This document shows, piece after piece, positions 1 through 9,079 of a stretch of DNA of 53,748 nucleotides. Location of the stretch: NCBI GenBank assembly GCA_052036095.1, contig JBPOHA010000032.1:1-53748 (forward strand). Direction: 5' to 3'. The notes beneath the pieces were generated by a model, which saw only the letters and a list, made by a program, of their open reading frames with translations, was not told where the DNA came from and made no database searches. The DNA is from Bacillota bacterium. GTDB taxonomy: Bacteria; Bacillota; Clostridia; TANB77; CAG-508. Positions within the stretch are counted from its first letter, which is position 1; every line of letters begins with the position of its first letter. The translations under genes were made by a program, and so were the position numbers.

Positions 1-149
1 TGTTATATAGCAATAAAATATTACTTATAAAAATAGCAAGATGCAAATTATAAAAGTATATTTTATGTGAAAAAGCTAATCTCTACTTATAAATTTGAGC
101 TATTTACAAATATTAAATTAATAAAAAATAATTATTTTAGCAAAAAGTA

Positions 150-178
150 TTGCAAATTTACATAATGTGTGATATTAT
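150..178 (+). promoter_or_regulatory. Putative sigma-A-type promoter (TTGCAA-N17-TATTAT with TGn extended -10)
   Basis: TTGCAA at 150-155 and TATTAT at 173-178 with a 17-nt spacer. TG lies at 170-171, one nt before the -10. No ORF follows before the terminator at 341-376. Confidence 0.4.
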
Positions 179-190
179 ATATATAAGTTA

Positions 191-263
<73 letters not shown>

Positions 264-340
264 ATGCATTAGCTAATACACTTGACGCGGTGAAAGTAAC
301 TTTGGCTAATGCAATTTCGCATAATTTTTCCTCTTTTCCT

Positions 341-376
341 CCCCTCCGGTTTTAATAAGCCGGGGGGACTTTTTGT
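341..376 (+). terminator. Rho-independent terminator
   Basis: GC-rich stem CCCCTCCGG (341-349) pairs with CCGGGGGG (360-367) with one bulge. It is followed by ACTTTTTGT. Confidence 0.6.
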
Positions 377-401
377 ATAAGATTGATCAAAAAAAAGTAT
401 A

Positions 402-436
402 GTAAAAATAAAAATCTCAGCAGATAAGCTGAGATT
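402..436 (-). terminator. Rho-independent terminator downstream of tRNA-Gln(CUG)
   Basis: Hairpin AATCTCAGC (413-421) / GCTGAGATT (428-436). On the minus strand it is followed by TTTTTATTTTT (complement of 402-412). Confidence 0.6.
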
Positions 437-446
437 AGTATATTAT

Positions 447-522
447 TGGCTGGGGTACTGTGATTCGAACACAGGAAATGTCGGAGTCAGAGTCCGATGC
501 CTTACCACTTGGCGATACCCCA
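447..522 (-). tRNA. tRNA-Gln (anticodon CUG)
   Basis: The reverse complement reads TGGGGTATCGCCAAGTGGTAAGGCATCGGACTCTGACTCCGACATTTCCTGTGTTCGAATCACAGTACCCCAGCCA. Acceptor stem is TGGGGTA/TACCCCA. Anticodon stem is TCGGA/TCCGA with loop CTCTGAC. T-loop is TTCGAAT and the CCA is encoded. It closely resembles bacterial tRNA-Gln. Confidence 0.93.
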
Positions 523-714
523 ATAATTTGTACTTAAATAATATATCACATAATTTAAAAATTTACAAGGAAAATAATAACAAATTGTAATTAATTAATA
601 ATATATAAAAGATATGCTAAAGAATTAAAATAATGTTATAATAATATTAAAAGTAAAAGAAAAATGTTATAATATAATTGAAAGGAATCAATTAAATAGA
701 AGGTATAACTATAA

Positions 715-1569
715 TTGATTATTAATAATATGGATAAGATAAATGAAATTACAAAAGAACAAAAAGAAGATGATAAATTGCTAATTTCAAAAGTGTTGGA
801 CAAATTAAAATTTGTAAAAGCGAGAAATAGATTTGAAAACACCAATTTTCTCGATTTAGCACAGAAACAATTGGTAAGTGAAACACTTCAAAAGAGAAAA
901 ATAATTAACTATGAATTTTTTGGAGGCTTTCCTGAAGCGGAAAGAACGATATTAATCTTAATTTCAGAGGAATATATGGAACTAGAAAATATAAAAGATA
1001 TTTCAGAAAGTTCTAATAATCAAATGATTACAAGTATCTATAATCAGATTATGAGCATAATTAGAGTGACATTACCAAAAGAATTATGGGGAACTTTTGA
1101 ACATAGAACATATCTTGGTGCATTGATGAAAATCGGCTTAAAACGAGAGAAAATAGGGGATATATTAGTTAGAAATGATGGGGCGGATATTGTAATTTCA
1201 AATGATATTAAAGACTTTATAATAAATAATATAAATCAATTAACACGTTTTCAAAAAGCAAAAATAGAATCACTAACAGTTAATCAAATAAAATATATTC
1301 CAGCTAAAAATGAAATAATTAAAATTAATGTTGCATCTATGAGACTAGATGCAATTATTGGTGAACTTGCAAGATGCTCGAGAAGTGATAGTTCGGAGTT
1401 GCTAGAACAGGAAAGAGTTATGGTAAATTTTAAAGAAGAAATTCGAGGAACTAGAATAATTGAGGATAATACAATGATTACAATTAGAGGAAAAGGAAGA
1501 TTTAAAATTAATAAAATATTAGGAAATACTAAAAGTGGAAGAACAAATGTAGAAGTTATAAAATGGTAA
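715..1569 (+). CDS. ylmH: YlmH-like RNA-binding S4-domain protein (cell-division cluster family)
   Basis: 284-aa ORF. The N-terminal segment (LLISKVLDKL...FLDLAQ...) and the C-terminal S4-like segment (MRLDAIIGELARCSRSDSSELLEQERVMVNF) are typical of YlmH. TTG start at 715 has a GAAGG about 10 nt upstream. The alternative ATG is at 730. Confidence 0.7.
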   Translation: MIINNMDKINEITKEQKEDDKLLISKVLDKLKFVKARNRFENTNFLDLAQKQLVSETLQKRKIINYEFFGGFPEAERTILILISEEYMELENIKDISESSNNQMITSIYNQIMSIIRVTLPKELWGTFEHRTYLGALMKIGLKREKIGDILVRNDGADIVISNDIKDFIINNINQLTRFQKAKIESLTVNQIKYIPAKNEIIKINVASMRLDAIIGELARCSRSDSSELLEQERVMVNFKEEIRGTRIIEDNTMITIRGKGRFKINKILGNTKSGRTNVEVIKW

Positions 1570-1777
1570 AAAAAGAATAAAAATATAATTATTGGAAATA
1601 ATTTCGTAATAGAATATAAACTTTGGATTTATTTACAGAAAAAATATGTGAAGAGCAAAAATAAATTAATGTATAATTAAAAAGATACTAAGAATTTGAA
1701 GTTTATAAAATAAATGTAGTATTAAAAGTTAAAAAGTAGAACAATTTATTACTACAATACAGATTTGGAGGAAATTT

Positions 1778-3037
1778 ATGAAAGAAATGCCAATAAAAGA
1801 TATTGAAGCAATACAAATTTTTGATTCGAGGGGAAATCCTACAATACAAGTAACTGTGAGACTTGAAAATGATATTGTAGGAACTGCGCTAATTCCATCT
1901 GGGGCATCAACGGGTAGTTTTGAAGCTGTTGAATTGAGAGATGGAGATATGCAAGAATATAATGGATTTGGTGTAGAAAATGCAGTAGAGAATGTTAACA
2001 AAAAAATATCAAAAATATTAAAAGGAGAAAATTGTTTTGAACAAGAAAAGCTAGATAAAAAAATGATTAGACTTGATGGAACTGATAACAAATCAAAATT
2101 AGGTGCAAACGCAATATTAGGGACGTCACTTGCAATAGCGAGAGCTGCTGCTAATACAATAAACATGCCATTATATCAGTATATAGGAGGAATAAGTGGA
2201 AATACAATTCCAATTCCAATGATGAATATATTAAATGGTGGAAAGCATTCAGATAATAATCTTAATATTCAAGAATTTATGATAATACCGGTTAGTGGTA
2301 ATACTTTCAAAGAAAAAATGCAAATAAGTGTTGAAACATATCATGTATTAAAGGAAATATTAAAACAAAAAAAATTACAGACTTCTGTTGGAGATGAAGG
2401 TGGATTTGCACCAAATCTTGAAAATGATGAAGAAGCGATTAAGTTAATAATTGAGGCAATAGAAGAAGCTGGATATAAACCTGGAAAAGATATATCAATA
2501 GCACTGGATTTTGCAAGTAGTGAGATGAGAGAAGAAGCTAAAAAAATACAAAAAGAAGGATATTATTTTTGGAAGACGAAAGAATATAAGACAAAAGAAG
2601 AGATGATAGATTATATAGTCAATTTAACAGACAAATATCCAATAACATCAGTTGAAGATGGATTAGCAGAAGAAGATTGGAAAGCATGGAGAGATTTAAC
2701 TGTAAAATTAGGTAAAAAGATACAATTAGTTGGAGATGACTTATTTGTTACTAATAAGGAAAGACTAAAAAAAGGTATTAAAAATAAAGTAGCTAATGCA
2801 ATTTTAATAAAACCAAATCAAATAGGAACATTAACTGAAACATTAGAAACGATAAAATTAGCGAGAAGAAATGGATATAACATAGTAATATCACATAGGT
2901 CTGGAGAAACAGAAGATACATTTATAGCAGATCTTGCAGTTGCTATAAATGCAGGACAAATAAAAGCAGGTGCACCATGTAGAACAGATAGAGTTTCAAA
3001 ATATAATAGATTATTAAATATAGAGAATGAAGTATAA
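1778..3037 (+). CDS. eno: Enolase (phosphopyruvate hydratase)
   Basis: 419 aa. Hallmark enolase segments are [54 protein letters not shown] and [25 protein letters not shown] lies upstream. Confidence 0.97.
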   Translation: MKEMPIKDIEAIQIFDSRGNPTIQVTVRLENDIVGTALIPSGASTGSFEAVELRDGDMQEYNGFGVENAVENVNKKISKILKGENCFEQEKLDKKMIRLDGTDNKSKLGANAILGTSLAIARAAANTINMPLYQYIGGISGNTIPIPMMNILNGGKHSDNNLNIQEFMIIPVSGNTFKEKMQISVETYHVLKEILKQKKLQTSVGDEGGFAPNLENDEEAIKLIIEAIEEAGYKPGKDISIALDFASSEMREEAKKIQKEGYYFWKTKEYKTKEEMIDYIVNLTDKYPITSVEDGLAEEDWKAWRDLTVKLGKKIQLVGDDLFVTNKERLKKGIKNKVANAILIKPNQIGTLTETLETIKLARRNGYNIVISHRSGETEDTFIADLAVAINAGQIKAGAPCRTDRVSKYNRLLNIENEV

Positions 3038-3054
3038 GGAGAAATATAATTAAA

Positions 3055-4572
3055 ATGAAAGTACAATTTTTTACACTAGGATGCAAAACAAATCAATATG
3101 AAACTAATGCAATGGAGCAAAAGTTTATAGAAAGTGGATACGAAGTTATTAGAAACACTAAAAATAACGATATGAAAGATAACCAAAATAATGATTTTAA
3201 CAATCAAGAAAATGTAGAGATTGCTGATATATATGTAATTAATACTTGTAGTGTAACTAATATAGCAGAAAGAAAATCAAGACAATTTATTAGAAGAGCA
3301 AAAGAATTAAATAAAGATTCTATAGTAATAGCATGTGGTTGTTATGCACAAGTTGCAAAAAGTGAAATTGAAAAAATATTTGAAGTAGATATTGTTTTAG
3401 GAATAAATGAAAAAAATAATATTGTAGAAATCGTAAATAATTTTATAATTGAAAAAAACATTAATAAAAAAGATTATGAAAAAATAGAAAGCAAAATCAA
3501 TTTTGATTCAAGTTTGAAAGAGAATAAAGATAATACTGAAAAAGAGGAAACAATAGTTTCTGATGTTATGCATCAAAATGAATATAAGGATTTTGGAACA
3601 ACAACATATACTGAAGAAAATAGGGCTATAATAAAAATACAAGATGGTTGCGATAGATTCTGTACATATTGCATAATTCCATATGCAAGAGGAAAAGTAA
3701 GAAGCAGAGAGCCTAATAATATATTAGAAGAAATAAAAAAGAATACAGATGAAGGGACAAAAGAGATTGTATTAACTGGTATTCATATAGCATCTTATGG
3801 AAAAGATTTTAGCAAAGAAGAAACTGCTAAATTTAGAAAAAATTATGGATATTCTAAAAATTATAAACCTTTTGATCCAAAACAAGATTTATCATCAGGA
3901 GGTTTTAGATTAATAGAATTATTAGAGCAAATTAATAAGATTGAGAAAGTACAAAGAATAAGAATAGGTTCATTAGAACCAAAGCTAATTACACCAGAAT
4001 TTGTAGAAAGACTTTCAAAACTCGAAAAAATATGCAATCATTTTCATCTTTCTTTACAAAGTGGATGTGATGATACTTTAAAGAGAATGAATAGAAGATA
4101 TAATACAGATGAATTTACAAGTTCAGTGAAAACTCTAATAGAAAATTTTGAAAATTTAAATTTAACGACCGATGTAATAGTTGGATTTCCAGGGGAAACA
4201 GAAGAAGAATTTGAAACTACATATAAATTTTTAAAAAAAATTAAATTTTATAAAATGCACATATTTAAGTATTCACCTAAGAGAGGTACTGCTGCTGAGA
4301 AAATGCCTAACCAAATAGATGGGAAAACTAAGGAAATTAGAAGCCAAAAACTTATTAAATTATCAGAAGAAAATCAACTAGAATATAATAAATCTTATAT
4401 AGGAAGTCAAGTTTCTGTACTATTTGAAAATAAGGATGGTGAATATTTTAAAGGACATACAAGTAATTATTTATTAGTAAAAGTAAAATCTGATAAAGAT
4501 TTAAAAAATGAAATTTGTAATGTTATAATAAATAATGTTGATGAATTAGATTTAATTGGAAGTATTATATAA
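3055..4572 (+). CDS. mtaB: tRNA methylthiotransferase, MtaB-like radical-SAM enzyme
   Basis: N-terminal UPF0004 motif is FFTLGCKTNQYETNAM. Radical-SAM motif is QDGCDRFCTYCIIPYARG. A C-terminal TRAM-like region is present. Asn/Lys-rich low-complexity insertions are also present. Confidence 0.85.
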   Translation: MKVQFFTLGCKTNQYETNAMEQKFIESGYEVIRNTKNNDMKDNQNNDFNNQENVEIADIYVINTCSVTNIAERKSRQFIRRAKELNKDSIVIACGCYAQVAKSEIEKIFEVDIVLGINEKNNIVEIVNNFIIEKNINKKDYEKIESKINFDSSLKENKDNTEKEETIVSDVMHQNEYKDFGTTTYTEENRAIIKIQDGCDRFCTYCIIPYARGKVRSREPNNILEEIKKNTDEGTKEIVLTGIHIASYGKDFSKEETAKFRKNYGYSKNYKPFDPKQDLSSGGFRLIELLEQINKIEKVQRIRIGSLEPKLITPEFVERLSKLEKICNHFHLSLQSGCDDTLKRMNRRYNTDEFTSSVKTLIENFENLNLTTDVIVGFPGETEEEFETTYKFLKKIKFYKMHIFKYSPKRGTAAEKMPNQIDGKTKEIRSQKLIKLSEENQLEYNKSYIGSQVSVLFENKDGEYFKGHTSNYLLVKVKSDKDLKNEICNVIINNVDELDLIGSII

Positions 4573-4608
4573 AATACAACTACATGGTCAGTTTAAGAAA
4601 AACATGAA

Positions 4609-4640
4609 AAATCTATGATATAATAACATAGATTTTATAT
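4609..4640 (+). terminator. Intrinsic terminator after mtaB
   Basis: Stem AAATCTATG (4609-4617) / CATAGATTT (4627-4635) followed by a T-rich tail. Confidence 0.5.
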
Positions 4641-4883
4641 AAATGAAATGATAATAATATTATATTATTATAAAAATATTATATATAACTAAAGCAAAAA
4701 ATACACACAAATGAATTTACTAAACTTATAAGCTTATTTTAATTTATAAGTATCACAATTTTTATTTATAAAATTTTACTAGAAACTTAAAAATAGAAAC
4801 TAGAAATAAAAAACAATTTGTTATATAAAAATAAAGGTTACAAATAAAAAAATGTCATGCTAAAATAAAAGATAGGAGATAGT

Positions 4884-5561
4884 ATGCCAAGAACAAAATT
4901 GAAAGATAGGGAACTCCCAGAATATACAAAGGGAGAAGAAATATTTAATATGGTTTCACATATTGTAGGAGGAGCATTTTCAATAGTTGCTACAATTATA
5001 TGTTTAATTGTATCTACATTGCACTCAAATGGATTAGGCATAGCAAGTAGCATTGTATATGGTTTTTCAATAATATTTTTATATACAATGTCAAGTATAT
5101 ATCATGGATTGAGCTCGAAAAAGATGGCAAAGAGAGTTTTTCAAGTATTAGATCATTGCTCAATATTTTTAATGATTGCTGGATGTTATACTCCAATATT
5201 ATTGTGTGGCATAATGAAGGAATCACCAGTAGCTGCGTGGGTAATATTTGGGATAGTATGGTTAATGGCTATTTTAGGAATTACTTTAAATGCGATTGAT
5301 TTAAAAAAGTATAAAGTATTTTCAATGGTATGTTATTTAGTAATGGGATGGAGCATAATATTTAAGATAAATATTTTATATGAAGTTTTGGGATTATCAG
5401 GATTCTTATTAATGATAGCAGGTGGATTATCATATACGATAGGCGCTTTATTATATGGATTAAATAAAAAGAAACATGTAAAATATATGCACTCAATATT
5501 TCATCTATTTGTTTTATTAGCAAGTATTTTACAATTCTTAGCTATTATAAAAATATTATAA
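4884..5561 (+). CDS. Hemolysin III / PAQR family membrane protein
   Basis: 225 aa with about 7 TM segments. Family motifs are NMVSHIVG, SSIYHGL and LDHCSIFLMIAGCYTP, plus a C-terminal HLFVL. Confidence 0.85.
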   Translation: MPRTKLKDRELPEYTKGEEIFNMVSHIVGGAFSIVATIICLIVSTLHSNGLGIASSIVYGFSIIFLYTMSSIYHGLSSKKMAKRVFQVLDHCSIFLMIAGCYTPILLCGIMKESPVAAWVIFGIVWLMAILGITLNAIDLKKYKVFSMVCYLVMGWSIIFKINILYEVLGLSGFLLMIAGGLSYTIGALLYGLNKKKHVKYMHSIFHLFVLLASILQFLAIIKIL

Positions 5562-5587
5562 AATATTTAAATATAATATATATAACA

Positions 5588-5624
5588 AATCAGCATAATT
5601 ATTAGTAATTATGCTGATTTTTTT
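5588..5624 (+). terminator. Intrinsic terminator
   Basis: Perfect stem AAATCAGCATAATTA / TAATTATGCTGATTT followed by TTTTT. Confidence 0.75.
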
Positions 5625-5711
5625 AGCAAAAAAGTAAGTGAAATTTTGTAAAATTATGTTGGAGTTTAAGTTATTTCACAACTCAAAAAGCTTATATGGA
5701 GAGCACAAAAT

Positions 5712-5740
5712 TTGACTATATTAAGAAAATATGGTATAAT
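5712..5740 (+). promoter_or_regulatory. Putative sigma-A promoter (TTGACT-N17-TATAAT)
   Basis: TTGACT at 5712-5717 and TATAAT at 5735-5740 with a 17-nt spacer. It lies about 80 nt upstream of the 5818 CDS. Confidence 0.45.
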
Positions 5741-5817
5741 TAATTTTGTCGTTGATAAAAAAATAAAAATTATAGCAAACAAAAATAGAAAAACGACGGA
5801 AAGAGAGTTATACAAAA

Positions 5818-6657
5818 ATGAAATCAGATAGTGAAAGTGTGCTGAAAATTGGACAAATAACAATTATATTTTTCATATTAATTGTTTTAGGAGTATGCAC
5901 ACAATTATTAATTTCAAATAATACAAACGAAATAGCCAGCATAGAAAATCAATTAACAAATAACCAAGAATCAATAGAAAACAATCAAAATTCAAAAGAA
6001 AATGATTTAAACAGTCAAACACAATTAGCAGAAGCATTTTCAAGAGAAAATAATACAACTATAACATCAAGATCATCAATAAATAGATATGCATTAGCAT
6101 CCAATCAAGTAACAGATATAAATGCTACAACAACTGAAGATTCAGATTCAACAGAAAATAAAACACAAAATACAACAGAAGATGTTACATATAAATCAAT
6201 AGAAGATATTACTATTTCAAAAGATATGGATTTAACTGAAAGATGTGGAATATCAAAAGAAGATTTTAAAACTTTAATTGGAAATACATCAGCAGATACA
6301 ACAAAATTCTTTTATGACAATAGTGATATAATATATGATTTATGTGAAGAATATCAAATAAATGAAATATTCTTCTGTGGTTTAATGGCAGGAGAATCAG
6401 GATGGAATATAGCATCCAATCATAGAACAAAGCATAATTATATAAGTATGATGTCTTCTAGTGGAACTATGATATCATATTCAACAGTAGAAGAAGGATT
6501 AGAAGCAGGAGCTAAATTATTACATACAAGATATTTAACACCAGGTGCTTCATGCTACTCTGGTAAAACTTTATCAGGAGTTCAAAAGAGATTTTGTCCA
6601 AACTCATCTACATGGGTTAATTTAATTTATACTTGTATGAAAAAGATTGTAAGATAA
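5818..6657 (+). CDS. Membrane-anchored glucosaminidase-domain (GH73-like) cell-wall hydrolase
   Basis: N-terminal TM, then a low-complexity N/T/S-rich linker. The C-terminal domain carries FFCGLMAGESGWN. This resembles the ESGWG catalytic segment of the paralogue at 24052-25320. Confidence 0.6.
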   Translation: MKSDSESVLKIGQITIIFFILIVLGVCTQLLISNNTNEIASIENQLTNNQESIENNQNSKENDLNSQTQLAEAFSRENNTTITSRSSINRYALASNQVTDINATTTEDSDSTENKTQNTTEDVTYKSIEDITISKDMDLTERCGISKEDFKTLIGNTSADTTKFFYDNSDIIYDLCEEYQINEIFFCGLMAGESGWNIASNHRTKHNYISMMSSSGTMISYSTVEEGLEAGAKLLHTRYLTPGASCYSGKTLSGVQKRFCPNSSTWVNLIYTCMKKIVR

Positions 6658-6721
6658 TTAATATAAAGTATATTAAAATTAAAAATAGTTTTTAGCAGAT
6701 AGTTTTTATTATAATTGAAAA

Positions 6722-6758
6722 GATGGATAAGCAATATATGCTTATCCATTTTATTTTG
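6722..6758 (+). terminator. Intrinsic terminator
   Basis: Stem GATGGATAAGCA / TGCTTATCCAT followed by TTTATTTTG. Confidence 0.6.
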
Positions 6759-6894
6759 TATAATTAAATTATTTTATAAGATATATTATTTATTACTATT
6801 GAAAAATAAATATGAATAATGTAAAATAATAATGTATTAGAAAAAATTAGAATATAAAAAAATAAAACAAAAGCAGAAAGGAAAAAATAAAAAA

Positions 6895-8847
6895 ATGAAA
6901 AAAGGAAAAATAGTAAAAAGTGCCAAGGGAATTACTTTAATAGCTATTGTGGTAACAATTATTGTGTTATTGATATTAGCATCAGTATCAATTAATATAG
7001 CAATTAATATAGGAATAATAGGAAAATCAAAAGATGCAAAGACAAAATATAATAATGGAGTAGATGGTGAGTTAAATAAATTAGCAAAAGTAGAAGAGTA
7101 TATATCAAATCAAGGAGAAGAAAATAAAGATTCATTGCAAGAAACAGTTAAAGGAAAGATAAATAGCAACGAAAAAACTAAATATACAGATAATAATAAT
7201 CAAGTAGCAATAATACCTGAGGGATTTTGCGTAGTAACTGATGCAACAACGATAAAAGATGGATTAGTAATATCGGATAAAGAAAATGACGATTTAGCAA
7301 ATAGCAAGTTAGGTAATCAATTTGTATGGATACCATGTACAATAGATGGTACAAATGAAAGTATAAAATATGATAGGTATGCTTTTAAATTATCAGAAAG
7401 TACATACAGCGATTATTTAGAAACAGTAGCAACAGATGAAAAAGAAAGTATAACAAAATATAAAGGCTATTATATTGGAAGATATGAAGCTGGAAGAGAT
7501 TCTGATGACAAAGCTATAGAACAAAAAAATAAGGATGCATACATAGATGTAAAGAGAGATATAGCTTTAGACTTAGCAAAAGCGGTAAAGTTTAATAATA
7601 ATTATATATCAACAACTAAATTATGTAGCAGTTATGCATGGGATACGGCATTAAATTTTATAGATAAAAATTCTATAAATACTAGCTACTCAACAAATAG
7701 CATACAAGGAAATTATTATAATCAAGGATTTAACTATACAGATACAAATGGAGTTATTCAAAAAAAAGGTGAAAATGAAGCTATAGTACTTCATACAGGG
7801 GAAACAACTCCAGTATGTAATATATATGATATGGGAGGAAATGTATATGAATGGACAACGGAAATTACTAAGTATGAGTATTTCCCTTATGCTTTTAGAG
7901 GAGGACGCTATTATAGTAGCTCAAATAGTGATTCAGCAAGTGAAAGAGATTATAGCCCTTTGAGTACGTTTGGATTTAGGGTTACTCTATATTTAACAGA
8001 AAAAAATGAAAAACAGATAATTGAAAATTTAGGTACTGTCGAGGAAGCTAAAAAAAGATTAGAATGTTATGAAGAAGAAACAGAATTGAAAGATTCAAGC
8101 ATATTACCAAAAATAATAAAAATTCCAGAAGGATTTAAAATAGCCCAAGATTCAGCAATTAAAGTAGCAGATGGAATCGTAATTGAGGACAAAAATGGAA
8201 ACCAATATGTATGGATACCATGTACTATTGAAGGGACAAGTGGAGACTTAAAATATGATAGAAAAAACTTTTCTTCGCAAGAGGCAAACTTTTCAGAAGA
8301 TATGCCAATAGACGAAAAAGAAAGTATACAAAAAAATGGAGGTTACTATATTGGAAGATATGAAGCAGGTATTTTAAAATCTAGGGTGTCAAACGAAAAT
8401 CAAGAAAAAAATACTATGGAAGATTTAGGAGAAGTATTAGAACAAAAAGAGAAATCTGTATATAGTTATGTAACGGAGAAACAAGCTGAAGCATTATCAA
8501 AAGAAGTAAGCACACATTATGGATATAAAGTAGAAAGCAAATTATGTAGCAGTTATGCGTGGGATACAGCTATAAAATTTATAGATAGAAATTCAAACAA
8601 TAATTTTTATTATGATAGAAGCACAGAAGGAAATATTAGTTCTTCACTAATGGAAACTGGAAAGACTACATCTGTATGTAATATATTTGATATGGGTGGA
8701 AATGCATGGGAGTGGACGACAGAAAATTGTGTATTTACATTTAGCCCATGTGTTACTCGTGGATATTATAGCGCTGGTTGCAGAAGTTGGTATGCTTCCA
8801 CATATTCTGAAAATAATATTAGTTTTCGAGTTGCCTTATATTTATAA
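6895..8847 (+). CDS. Secreted/anchored protein with two tandem FGE-sulfatase (SUMF1, C-type-lectin-fold) domains and a pilin-like N-terminal hydrophobic segment
   Basis: The N-terminus KGITLIAIVVTIIVLLILASV resembles a prepilin-type leader but lacks Glu5. Two internally repeated modules each contain GNQ(F/Y)VWIPC, YYIGRYEAG, CSSYAWDTA, D MGGN(V/A)(Y/W)EWTTE and a terminal F(G)FRV(T/A)LYL. These are typical of the SUMF1/FGE fold. Confidence 0.7.
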   Translation: MKKGKIVKSAKGITLIAIVVTIIVLLILASVSINIAINIGIIGKSKDAKTKYNNGVDGELNKLAKVEEYISNQGEENKDSLQETVKGKINSNEKTKYTDNNNQVAIIPEGFCVVTDATTIKDGLVISDKENDDLANSKLGNQFVWIPCTIDGTNESIKYDRYAFKLSESTYSDYLETVATDEKESITKYKGYYIGRYEAGRDSDDKAIEQKNKDAYIDVKRDIALDLAKAVKFNNNYISTTKLCSSYAWDTALNFIDKNSINTSYSTNSIQGNYYNQGFNYTDTNGVIQKKGENEAIVLHTGETTPVCNIYDMGGNVYEWTTEITKYEYFPYAFRGGRYYSSSNSDSASERDYSPLSTFGFRVTLYLTEKNEKQIIENLGTVEEAKKRLECYEEETELKDSSILPKIIKIPEGFKIAQDSAIKVADGIVIEDKNGNQYVWIPCTIEGTSGDLKYDRKNFSSQEANFSEDMPIDEKESIQKNGGYYIGRYEAGILKSRVSNENQEKNTMEDLGEVLEQKEKSVYSYVTEKQAEALSKEVSTHYGYKVESKLCSSYAWDTAIKFIDRNSNNNFYYDRSTEGNISSSLMETGKTTSVCNIFDMGGNAWEWTTENCVFTFSPCVTRGYYSAGCRSWYASTYSENNISFRVALYL

Positions 8848-9079
8848 GTTATATGAATCAGATTACTGCATAATAATTTATAGATGAAAAATAAATGGAT
8901 ATGAAATTGAAATATAATTACATAAAAAAGGTTTACAAAATAAGGTAATTTATGTTATAATTAAATATGTAAACTGTATTTAAATTTAATGATAATTAAA
9001 TTGAAAATTAATACTAAATTAAAATGAGACATATTTTAGATATTAATAGAAAAAACATAAAGAAAAGAGAATTAATAAA

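Noticed and set aside
6895-8847. Possible diversity-generating retroelement target, because FGE/C-type-lectin-fold C-termini are classic DGR variable regions
   Set aside because: No reverse transcriptase ORF, no template repeat near-identical to either C-terminal region and no accessory gene is present in the window. The two module C-termini are too divergent from each other to be a TR/VR pair.
8687-8887. 66-aa + strand ORF overlapping the 3' end of the FGE-domain gene
   Set aside because: It is an out-of-frame overlap with a well-supported CDS. It has no RBS and no recognisable motif.
8850-9079. T-box leader upstream of alaS
   Set aside because: No T-box consensus (AAnnGGGTGGTACCGCG-like), no specifier-loop architecture and no terminator/antiterminator pair is visible. 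The region is almost pure A/T.
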